64,000 bases of DNA, from the NCBI RefSeq assembly GCF_009914755.1, contig NC_060928.1; one strand, given 5' to 3'. A model generated the notes under the pieces. The model was not told where the DNA came from, did no database searches, and saw only the letters and a list, made by a program, of their open reading frames with translations. Positions 1 through 11,416 of the stretch are shown here, one piece after another; position 1 is the first letter of the stretch, and each line of letters opens with the position of its first letter. The position numbers were made by a program, and so were the translations under genes. This stretch comes from the human T2T-CHM13v2.0 reference genome, Homo sapiens.

Positions 1-104
1 AAAATCTCTAAGAAAGGAAAAATTCATGGAATAGTCATCTTTATAAATACAATGACAAAAAATAAAAACCCTCTTTGGGGCCATAAGTTTATACTCTTTG
101 TTCT

Positions 105-310
105 TAGAGAGTGTAGTGTGTTGTCAAGAGCAGATTGCCTGCGTTTGAATTTGGCTCTGCCACTTACTAGGTGTTTGACAATAGACAAGTTATTGAGTCT
201 CTATGTATCTGTTTCCTCTCTTATAAAATGGGACGTTGACTCCCTACTCTATGTGGTTGCTGTGAAGATTAAATGATTAAATGAGTTAATATACACAAAG
301 TGCTTACAAG
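105..310 (+). mobile_element. MIR SINE
   Basis: MIR core: tttgaatttggctctgccacttactagg...ctgtttcctctcttataaaatggg...gtgaagattaaatga...aaagtgctta. Confidence 0.85.
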
Positions 311-887
311 TATATTGACAATTAGAAAATATGGTTTTCTCATTCAGTTAATCATTTAGCAAGAAAGACTTCATCTTACAGTATTTCAGAACAAGAATCT
401 AAATTATACTGTTTTGCTGAAAGGATGAGTATTTACAATGTTTTTGCATCAAAATTTACTTGACATGGTCAAAAGTGAAAAAACACTAGAATAGCTGCGT
501 ATGCACAGCTCATGTATACAAGCAATTGGAAGGAAATATGTAATTTACAAATGAAGAAACTCGTTGAAATAATCATTCTATTTGGCATTTATAAATATAA
601 AAATAAAAATGGTTTATTATTATGTAGGAAAGAAGCTGTGGCAATGCTCCATTCAACAAAAATGTGTCACCAAATGTTTTCAAAGTATTGCATTTTGAAA
701 ATGGAAATACTATTTAAATTCTTATTAAAATTTTTAATGGCTCTTTTTCACTATCTCCTTATTCCTACTTGTATAATTTATATGTTAAATGGCCTAAAAA
801 TATTTTTAAAGAAATAAAAATACTTCATTGAACCCAGAAGATAAATAATGGTAAGTCAGGACCTAAAAAGGGTTATATTCAGGAGCT

Positions 888-911
888 AAAAAAAAAAAAA
901 AAAAAAAAAAA
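888..911. repeat. poly(A) tract, 24 nt
   Basis: direct count. Confidence 0.95.
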
Positions 912-1959
912 GAAGGAAACAGAAACATTTTCTCCTTAGGAATGATTGTATTGCTGTATTCATTGTATTGAACAATTTGATACCAGACTGGGGACAGTAT
1001 TAAAAATAAATCTAAGTTAAGACAAAATGTAGACTAAATCATCAGTTTAGAGACAAAGTTGAAAGGTATAAAAAGACTGAATATATGCCAATGGTCATTG
1101 AGCTATGATTTCATGCAAAATCCCCCTCAGACCTGTCTTTGTAGAGACAACTAAGCTCATGAACCCAACTTTGCTTACATAGTCTGAGCAAAGAAAACTC
1201 AGCTTAGGGAGCTTACCAGGGACCATTTTATCAAACTATTTCATAATACTTTTTGAACTTTTTGATAGTATTTGTTGACAATGTAACAGGATTAAAGCTC
1301 ATGAGGTTCATTTCATATAAAACTGCATAAAGCATGTTAATTATCTTTCTAAAGTAAATGTACAACAGTCTTTGTAATATGGAATTCTAATGTTAAAACA
1401 TACATTTTATTGTTTCTTTCATTTAAATAAAGATATAACTATATCTGCCAGTATTCTTCATTATAATCATGAAAACCAACTCTGACCATCTTGGGGAGAG
1501 AGAATTTATTAGAAGAATATTGTGGGCCCAAAGAATGAATGGGAGGCTGAAGAAGCAGATTCTAGCTTTCACCAAGATGATGACTAATAATGTGGGAAAT
1601 AGTGGGGAAGAGGATTCCTTGAAAAAAAAATTGGGATGCCATAAAGAAAAATGTGACAGGCAAGTATTAGTAATTAGAAAGAGAATCTATCACATTGTGG
1701 GAGGAAGGGAACAAAGAATAGTTAGAAGAAATTGCAAGATATAATCAGTAATTTCAAGAGACCATATGCACATCAACAGGATCTCATACTGAGTCAGATG
1801 AAAAAGAAGTATACTACAGAATGCTTGGATCTTTGCCATTACCATTATGGGGTGAGCCAAGCATACCCTTGAGTACAACAGAGACTGAACTATGCATGCA
1901 TCCCTCCTAATTTCCTTGCTGATGGAGCTGCTAGCTGAGGCTAATTATATTGTAATGAG

Positions 1960-2916
1960 CTACTTCACTTGCAAATGAACAATCATTCCATCTCAAATTT
2001 GCTTTCCCTGCAGCCTTCCCTACTTCATTGAAATAGCGTCTTCATCCTTCCAGATGTTCAGGCTAAATTCATGAATCAGCCTTGATTCTTCTCATTCTTT
2101 CACACCTTGCATCTAATCCATCAAAATTTCTGATGATTATACCTTCATATTATATCTATAATCTTACGTCCACTGGCTACCTAGGTCTGAGCCATCATTA
2201 TTTCTCAACCGCATCCTCCTCTTAACAGGCCTCTCTGCTTTCATCCTTGCTCCAATCCCTGCCACCTTCCTGGCCCATTCTTAGTGCATTGGACAGAGTA
2301 ATTATTTTAAATTTTAAGTCAGAATATGTATTTTCTCTGCTGAAAACCCTCCAAACACTCCATGTTTCACCCAAAACAAATGCCAGATTCTTTCAGTGAC
2401 CTAATTGGCCCTACATGCTGCCCCACAATTACCTCTCTGACTCTCCTACCACCTTCCACTTTGTTCACTGTACTCCAATTGCATTGGCCTCTGTCTCACA
2501 TACACACCAGGGATGCTCCCACCTGAAGGCTTTTGGTCTGGTTGTTTTTCCTAGAATGCTCTTCCTACAGTTATCTGCTTGGTTGACTACTCAATGACTT
2601 CAAGTCTTTGCTCAAATGTTCTCTTCTCAATGAGGCTCACCCTGACCACCTTATTTAATACTGTAACCAGCCCATACCCCAGCACTCTTGATTCTACTTA
2701 CCCCTGCTCTACTCTTTCTCTTCTCTACAATACTTCTTAATCTCCAGCAGACTATACTATTTATTCTGTTATTATTTATTATCTCTCTGTCCCTACTAGA
2801 AATTCAGATCTGTGAGGGGAGAGATCTTTGTCTGTTTTGTTCATGGTGTTTCCCAAGAAAAATATTAATTTGTTACTATTAGACATCATGCTGAAAATAT
2901 TTGTTGAATGAATGAA
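1960..2916 (+). mobile_element. L2 (L2a-like) LINE 3' part
   Basis: pyrimidine-rich L2 body, ctttgctcaaatgtt...tcaatgagg, gagatctttgtctgttttgttca, tail aaatatttgttgaatgaatgaa. Confidence 0.85.
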
Positions 2917-3659
2917 ATAAACAGTAATAACAGCAAGCTCCCAAAGAAGGAGCTAGCATTTAGGAAAACATCAAGAAGCGTAATATCAATGCTGTCAATG
3001 GAAAGATCCTGTGCTCTGAAAAAACATGCTATATAAATTTATGGAAACATAATTTCAGGGAAAGGAATAGGGATGTTGAAACATATTGTGTGGTGATAAA
3101 GACTCCAATATGTTTTGGTAAGTGGGACTGGTGCTTTTATTCATAATAGCTATTGCCGTCAACTTTTTCTAGGACATTCCTTAGGCCCATGAAACCTGCC
3201 TCATAGGGGCAGTTACTTTATTTTCTTTACAATTGTCTCAGTTGGAGATTCCTAAATTGAAGTTATGGTTGAAATCTGGGTCCCTAAAGATCTAACAAAG
3301 CTGAATATTTCTGCCATGTGTTCTTCTCCAGAGCTTACCTTTTCCTTAGCTTTTGAGTTTTCTGGGCATTGAATAACGAGTTCTTTCGAATGCAGTGGAA
3401 ATACTTTCCTATGGAACATCTTTTTCTCCTATTAGAATATATGTCTCTAGTGCTTAATTTTCCTCCAAGTGTTTAGCATTTGAACCTTGTTCTTACAGTG
3501 GTTCTTAAATTGGTTTCTTTCCTTTACTTAATACATCCATGACAGGCACAGTTTGCTGGAATTAATGCTTGTGTTCTTTTTGTTCCTTTTTATTTTCTTA
3601 CCCAGGTTTATTTGTCTAACTTTGAGGCTGAGACTATAAATTGATGGCTAATATTCATT

Positions 3660-4103
3660 CATTCCTTTTATTTTAATAACAGGGCTCCAAGTTTTAGTTG
3701 GACACCTTGCCATCTAACTACAAGACTGTATTTCTAAGACTCCCTTGAAGCTTGATGTAACCAAAGTTACAGCCAATGAGGGATAAAAAAAAGTTTTGTT
3801 TGGGACTTATGGGAAAACTCCTTAAAATGGTTGTGTGTGTTCCTTCCTTCCTCCATTTTATTCAGAATGCAGATATAATAATCAGAGCCCAGAATCTCAC
3901 ACCATCAGAATCAGAACCATATTTTAGCATTGGCAGAGTTCTGATCTGCACACAATTGGTGTCACTGATGACTCTGTGGAGTAGACTCATTACCCCAGCC
4001 CTCTGGATTTCCTCTTTGTAAGAGAAATAACTGTGAACTTGTATAACTAGTTCTAGTTTGGGCATATCTTTCACATGCAGTTGGACCTATTCTAAATAAT
4101 ACA
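3660..4103 (+). mobile_element. old MaLR LTR (MLT1J/I-like)
   Basis: gactgtatttctaagactcccttg...cagccaatgag and 3' end gagaaataa...tgcag...taataca; boundaries approximate. Confidence 0.6.
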
Positions 4104-4269
4104 AATTCCTTTTAGGATCCCTCTTAGTGTTAAGATGCCAAAAGTATCCATTGCTCAGACAAATCCTGCCCATATGTATATTCATCTCAGGCTTGTACTT
4201 TACTATTTTCTTATCTTCCTCCTCTTTGATATGTTTCATGTTGTTGTTGTTTTTTTATTTGCTTTTCTG

Positions 4270-4364
4270 GTGCTCATTTTGGCAGCTCATATACTAAAAC
4301 TGGAATAATATAAAGATTAGCTTGTCCCTTTGCAAGGATGACATGAAAATTCATGAATCTTCCA
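4270..4364 (+). pseudogene. RNU6: U6 snRNA retropseudogene (5' part of U6/L1 chimera)
   Basis: gtgctcattttggcagctcatatactaaaactggaa...gattagcttgtccctttgcaaggatgacatgaaaattcatgaatcttcca aligns colinearly to U6 from nt 1; terminal TATTTT missing. Confidence 0.93.
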
Positions 4365-6355
4365 AACACACAGCCAACATCACACTGAACTGGCAAAAGT
4401 TGAAAGCATTTCTCTTGAGAACTGGAACAAGACAAAGATGCCCATTCTCACCACTTCCAGTAACATTGTCAGAGCAATCAGGCAAGAAAAAGAAATGAAA
4501 CACATCCAAATAGGAAAAGAATAAGTCAAATTATCTCTCTTCACTGACAATATAATTCTATACCTAGAAAACTCTCTAAATTCTGCCAAAAGACTCATAG
4601 ACTTGATAAGTGACTTTAGTAAGGTTTCAGGATACAAAATCAATGCACAAAAATCAGCAGCATTTCTATTTATCAATAATATTCAAGCTGAGTACCAAAT
4701 CAAGAATGCAATCTGATTTACAATAGCCACCAAGAAACCCCCAAATCTAGAAATACAGCAAGCAAAGTAGTTGAAAGATCTCTACAAGAAGAAATATAAA
4801 ACACTTCTGAAAGAAATCAGAGATGACACAAATGAAAAATCATTCCATGCTCATGGATTGAAAGAATCAATACTTTTAAAATGTCCATACTGTCCAAGGC
4901 AATCTACAGATGCAACCCCATTACTATCACAATACCAATTACATTCTTCATGAAATTAGAAATAACTATTCCAAAATTCATACAGAATCAAAAAGGAACC
5001 CAAATAGCCAAAACAACCCAAAGCAAAAATAACAAAGCTGGAGGCATCACAGTATCTGACTTTAAACTATACAAGGCTATAATAGACAAAACAGCATGGT
5101 ACCAGTACCAAAATAGGCACATAGATCAATGAAACAGAATACAGAACCCAAAAATAAACCCACACACCTACAGTCAACTGACCTTCAACAAAGTTGACAA
5201 TATTAAACAATGGGGAAAGGTTTCACTCTTCAATAAATGTTGCTGCAATAAGTGGCTAACCACATACAGAAAAATAAAACTGGACCCCTACCTCTCACCA
5301 TATACAAAAATTAACGCAAGATGGGTTAAAGGTTTAAATGTTTGACCTCAATTTATGACAACTCTAGAAGAAAACTTAAGAAATACTATTCTAGACATGG
5401 GCCGAGGCAAAGATTATGACTAAGTCCTCAAAAGCAAATGCAACAAAAACAAAAATTGACAGTTGGGACGTAAATAAAGAACTTCTGCACAGCAAAAGAA
5501 ACTATCAACAGAGTAAACAGATAACCTACATGATGGGAGAAAATATTTGCAAACTACACATGTGACAAAGGACTAATATCCAGAATCTATAAGGAACTTA
5601 ATAAACTCAATAAGAAAAAACAAACAAACCCATTAAAAAGTGGGCAAATGACATAAACAAATGCTTCTCAAAAGAAGACATATAAGGACCCAACCAGCAT
5701 TGAAAAAATGCTCATCATCACTAATCATCAGAGAAATGCAAATCAGAACCACAATGAAATACCATCTCACACCAGTCAGAATGGCTATTAATAAAAAGTC
5801 AACAAAATAACAGATGTTGGCAAGGCTTCAGAGAAAAAGGAACACGTATACACTGTTGGTGAGAATGTAAATTAACTCAACTCCTGTGGAAAGCAGTTTG
5901 AAGATTTCTCAAAGAACTAAAAATAGAATTACCATTCAACTCAGCAATCTCCTTACTGGGTATATACTTAAAGGAAAATAAATCATTCTACCAAAAAGAC
6001 ACCTGCACATGCATGTTTATTGCAGCACTATTCATAATAGCAAAGACATGGAATCAACTTAGGTGCCAATCAACAGTGGATTGGACAAAGAAAATGTGGT
6101 ACATACACACCAGGGAATACTATGCCACCATAAAAATAATGAAATCATGTCTTTTGCAGCAACATGAATGCAGCTGGAAGCCATAATCCTAAGCAAGTTA
6201 ACACACAGACAGAAGACCAAATACTGCATATTCTCACTTATAAGTGGGAATTAAACCTTGGGTATACACAGGCATAAAGATGAGAATAGTAGACACTGGG
6301 GACCCCAGAAGGGGGAAAGGGAGAGAAAAGGAAGAGTTGAAAAAACTATCTATTG

Positions 6356-8966
6356 CAGGGCTCCCCAACCTTTTTGGCACCAGGCACCAGTTTCATGGAA
6401 GATAGTTTTTCCAAGAACTGGGCGAGGGGTGAGGGAAGATTGTTTTGGGGTGATTCAAGCACATTATGTTTATTGTGCACTTTATTTCTATTATTATTAC
6501 ATTGTAATATATAATGAAATAATTATACAACATACCATAATGCAGAATCAGTGGGAGTCCTGAACTTGTTTTCCTGCACTAGATGGTACCATCTGGGGGT
6601 GATGGGAGACAGTGATATCTGAAGTGTGTTGATGTCCAGTTTGCTCCTTAATTTTGTTTTCGTTGCTGTCACTGCAGAAACACTGTTTCACAACGATAGG
6701 ATGCTGAAAATGGAAGCAGGCTTTTCAGTACGTTTGTGGCAATCTCAGGATATTCCTCGTTGACTTGAAACCAGAATGTATGGAGATTTGCAGTTGTCTC
6801 AAATATACTTTTAAGGCCACCATGATTTGTGATCTCAAGCAGTTGGTCCTCCTCTAGCACAGACAAAGTCGATTCAGCTGGCTTATTCAAAAATAGGTGG
6901 CGGATCCATTCCTTCCCAGTTCTGTGGTCCTTTGTGCTTGGGCTAAGACAGGTGATCATGCACCAGCTGGGAGAAAGAAGGCCCTGGCTCAGCCTCTTTC
7001 AAAATTTCTGCTAATGTTTGAAACATGTCAGAAATCCCAATGTTCACTCATCACCCCCATAATTCCAGTTTAGCTTTGAATGAAGCCATTTTATCTGCCA
7101 ACTTGAACACAGTTGTCATTCTCCCCTGGAGTAACAAATTGAGTTTGGTTAGCAAGTTGAATATGTCACACAAGTAAGGAAGTTTGCCGACCCATTCAAT
7201 GTCACTGAAATGTGCTGCCAGTGGTGACTGTTTTTCTAACAGAAATGTCTGGAGCTGCTCTCATAACTCAAGAGCTCCGGCCAGTGATCAACCTTTAGAA
7301 AGCCATCTACTTCTGTGTATAAGAGAAGACATGTGTCCTCTGTGTCCATCTCCTCACAGAGCTGAGCAAACATATGTGAGTTAAGGGAATGTACTTAAAT
7401 GTGGTTGATAATTTTAATCACATTCTGCAAAATGTTAAGTTCCAGTGACATTTTCCAGCTAGCCAGCATTTCTCTATGGATAACGCAGTGTGTAGACTCA
7501 CATTTAGAAGCAACCTCTTTGACCTGAGTAGTAAAACCAGAAAGCCATCCAGTCATGGCGGCCAATCTGTCTGTCCATATACAGACACAAAGTGACCAAT
7601 TCAGTTTTCCTGATACCTAATCATTCAACGATATGAATAATTTTGTAGCTGTGGTGTTGGTTGGCAACAAAAGTGCACATAATATATCCTCATGTGCATC
7701 CTCCTGAAAAATATATCCCACAAAAACAAGCATTGTTTCATTGTTGTTAACACTGGTAAACTTGTCAACCTGGATTGCATACCATGGTGACTCATTAATT
7801 CTAACAATTGCCTCAATATCTTCTGCTATTTCACCAATTTGTCTGGTTATAGTGCTAGCTGAAAGAGGAACATATGCCACCATTTGAAGGGCATCCTCTC
7901 CTTAAAGTTCATGACAAATGTCCTTAGCAGCAGGCAGGATCAACTCTTCACCAATAGTAAAGGGCTTCTTAGCTTTAGCAATGTGGTTAGCCACTAAGAA
8001 TGATGTTCTCAGCGCAGACACATTTGATGAAGTGGTGGCCTTCAGTAATTGCTTCTGTTCTTCATGTTCATAGGTTTTTTTCTTTTGAAAAACTCCAAAG
8101 GCTTGTCTTCTAATGCAGGCTGCTTGGTCTCCATGTGGCAAAGCAGTTTTGAAGGTTTCATGGCTTCATTGGATAGCTGGTCACCACATATTATACAAAG
8201 CAGACTTGGAGAATGTGAATCACGTGTTGCAATGAACCTGTAATTTAAGTAAGACTCTTGGTATTTTCTTTTAAATGCAGCTTTATTTTTTTTGGCAGTC
8301 TTAGAGTCTTCTGCTCTCTCACCGTTGGGTCTTTCCCCCTTTTCAAAGAAGCTCTCCAGTGACGTTTGTATTTTACTCATTTTGGCCAGGGGTTAGCTGT
8401 GGGCTCACCAAAACTGTGACTGAGACAAGTGTGCAGTGCAAGAAAAAGGTGCAGATGGAAGTGGTAAATAAAATAATGAGCAGGCCATGTGTGGACTAAA
8501 ATAAGTGTTGGATTCTGACTTAAAGCCTGCCACCAGATGCAGCTTGTCACTTGCCACTCACTGATAGGGTTTTGATATGAGTCTGCAAGCAATTGATGTA
8601 TTAGGGTTTCTGTGCAGTCAAACCTCTCTGCCAATGTTAATCTGTATTTGCAGCTGCTCCCCAGGGTTAGCCTCACAGTCTCAGCTCCACCTCAGATCAT
8701 CAGGCATTAGATTTCCATAAGGAGCCTGCAACCTAGATCCTTTGTATGCGCAGTTCACAATAGAGTTTGCACGCCTATGAGAATCTAATGCTGCTGATGA
8801 TCTGACAGGAGGCAGAGTTCAGGCGGTCATGCAATTGATGAGGAGTGGCTGTAAATACAGATGAAGCTTCACTCACTGGCCTGCTGTTCATCTCCTGCTG
8901 TGTGGTCTGGTTCCTAACAGACCATGGAACAGTACTGGTTTGAGGCCCAGCAGTTGGGGACCCCTG
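6356..8966 (-). mobile_element. Charlie3-type hAT DNA transposon, near full length (2611 bp)
   Basis: MER1-type TIRs cagggctccccaac / gttggggacccctg (13/14), perfect 8-bp TSD atctattg at 6348-6355 and 8967-8974. Confidence 0.92.
6640..8380 (-). pseudogene. decayed hAT (Charlie/Buster) transposase
   Basis: BED-finger region LCIICGDQLSNEAMKPSKL (8042-8380), AKAKKPFTIGEELILPAAKDIC, catalytic region YAIQVDKFTSV, C-terminal FWFQVNEEYPEIA..LLPFSASYRCE; broken by frameshifts and stops. Confidence 0.9.
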
Positions 8967-9649
8967 ATCTATTGGGTACTGTGTTCAAAATTTGGGTGAT
9001 GGGGTCAATAGAAGCCCAAACCTCAGCACCACACAATGTACCCAGGTAGCAAACTTGCATATGTACCTCTGAATCTAAAAATTTTTAAGTAAAATAAAAA
9101 AAATAAGCTTTTCTGTAATAAAGGTGATGTTTTGATTGCCTGCATCTGTCTCTCAGATGGTTCTGAATTCAGTAGGAGGAGGAGTGTTACATATTGTAGA
9201 TGAGTTGTAGCATCCAATGACCTTAATTAAAATTAACCTAATTAATAAAATAAATATAATCCAAATTGCTTCAGTGATTTCTCCCCTGTATTTGAGATGC
9301 TTAAATGCAACTTCCTAGTAGGCATCTCTACTTAAATGCCTACCAAACAGCTCAAATCTAATATTCTCAAAACTAAACATTTAATCTTTCCCCCTACTTG
9401 GTGCTCTCTGTCTCCTCCATCACAGCCATGGTAACTCTATTTTATCAGGTGTTTAGGGCATGCCCAGAGCCATACTTGAGCTCTCTATTTCTCTCACACA
9501 CTACAGCCAATTCAACAGGAAATACACTCAGCTCTATTTCCAGATGTATCATACCTATATTATGTCCTCAGCATGGATCACAAGCTAAACTGCCATTACC
9601 AGCATCTGGGCCACCATCACCTTTCTCCAGCATTATGGCAATTACCTTC

Positions 9650-10482
9650 TGTACTGGGTTGAATCACGTCCTTAAAAAATTCACATCCAAGTGGAACCTC
9701 AATGTGATGAGCTTATTTGGAAACTGGGTCTTTGTAGATGTAATTAGTTGAAATCTGGTCATCCCAGATTAGGGTGACTCCTAATCCAATGACTAGTAGT
9801 GTCCTTATAAGCAAAGAAAAGAGCTATAGAGAGACACACAGGGAGAAGACCATGTGATGACCAAGGCAGATATTAGAGTAATAAATCTACAAGCCAAAGA
9901 ACATCAAGGTTTGAGGGCAGTCATTAGAAACTAACACAAAGCAAGAAAGGACTCTCCCTTAGAGGCTGCAGAGAGAGCATGACCCTGCTGACACCTTGAT
10001 TTCAGATTTCAAGCCTCTAGAACTGTGAGAGAATAAATGTCTGTTGTTTTAAGCCACCTAAAGCATGGTACAGTTGACCCTTGGTATCCATGGAAGATTG
10101 GTTCCAGAACACCCCGCATCCCCAACTCCTCCACCCATGCCATACCAAAATCCTCCTTGGTTGCTCACTTCCCTATATAAAATGGTGTAGGATTTGCTTT
10201 TAACCTATGTACATCTTTCCATATACTTTAAGCAAATTAACATACAAACAGAAAGCCAAATACCTCTCTAGATTACTTACAATATCCAATACAATGTAAA
10301 TACCATGTAAATAGTTGTTGTACAATATTGTTTTTATTTGTATTATACTTGATTGTTGTATTATTATCTTCATGTTTCTTCCCCCCATACTTTTGATCCA
10401 CAGTTGGTTGAATCCAGATGCAGAACGTGCAGATAGGAAGGGCTGACTGTACTTTGATCCTGCAGCCCTAGGAAATGGATGT
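9650..10482 (+). mobile_element. MLT1C MaLR LTR, split by MER2
   Basis: tgtactgggttgaat...cttatttggaaa...ccagaactgtgagagaataaat...ttttaagccacc...gcagccctaggaaa. Confidence 0.85.
10071..10449 (+). mobile_element. MER2 (TcMar-Tigger MITE)
   Basis: cagttgacccttggtatcc...gggctgactg termini, TA duplications at 10069-10070 and 10450-10451. Confidence 0.88.
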
Positions 10483-11096
10483 AGCTTTCTAGCAGTCCCC
10501 TCTACTTTTACCTCTCAGCCTGGCCTCCACCTCTTCAGTAGACTCTCTCAGTAGCAGCCAGAAAGGTCTTTTTCATGTACCATAGTCAGACCATGACCCT
10601 TCTCGGAGCCAGCCCTTAATGACTACTTATTTCACTCAGAGTTAAATCAATGCCGTTCTAGTGCCTCCTGGTCTCCTAGTACCACTCCGACTCATCTATA
10701 TTACTCTCCCTCCTTTCCCACTGCCTTGTTTTTTGTTTGTTTGTTTTAACTTCAGTCTCTGCTCTTCCTCAAATACACCAGATACAGTCCCACCTTAGGG
10801 TCCTTTTCTCTAGCTGTCACCTCTGCCTGGAACACACTCTGTTCCCCAACATCTGCTCACACCTCACGTTCTCCAAGAGGCCTATTCAGTATTCTTTTTA
10901 ATACTACAATCTGTACTCCATCCAAAACCCCTTTCACTTGTTCTTCATTTTCTCTTTCTATGTATTTATGACATTGAATGTTGTGTGTGTTTATGTTTTA
11001 GTTCTTCTTGTTTATTTTCTCCTATTAGAAGGTAATGTCCATCAGGGCAGGAATTTTTGTACCTTTTGTTCCATGATGTAACACAGGCTCATAAAG

Positions 11097-11416
11097 CAGG
11101 ACTGTTCAGTAGGAGTGTAATGTAAGCTACATATGTAACTTTAAATTTTCTAGTAGCCACACTAGAAAGATTAAAAAGAAACAAGTGAAGTTAATATTAA
11201 TAATATATTTTATCTAGCCTAATATATCCAAAATGTATCAAACATGTAACCAATATTTTAAAATATATTAAAACAATATTTCACCTTCTTTTCTGTTGCT
11301 ATCTCTATAGCATCCAGGGTGTGGCTTGCACTTACAGCACAACTCAATTCTGACTAGCTATATTTCAAGGGCTCAACAGGCACACAGGGGAGTGACTTCC
11401 ATATTGGAAGGCACAG
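11097..11416 (+). mobile_element. MER33 (hAT-Charlie MITE)
   Basis: catatgtaactttaaattttctagtagccac...catattggaaggcacag, ~320 bp. Confidence 0.85.

Larger units (their letters stand above)
4365..9106 (+). mobile_element. 5'-truncated L1 (L1PA16/L1PB-age) ORF2 + 3'UTR fused to U6, split by Charlie3 at 6356-8966
   Basis: ORF2 RT/C-terminal fragments (4771-5132); 3'UTR resumes after 8974; TSD gcttttctg at 4261-4269 and 9107-9115. Confidence 0.92.

Noticed and set aside
888-911. poly(A) as a possible retrocopy tail
   Set aside because: No TSD or recognisable upstream element.
6640-8380. domesticated ZBED5/Buster-like gene
   Set aside because: Multiple frameshifts and stops with TIRs and TSD retained: a neutrally decaying transposon.
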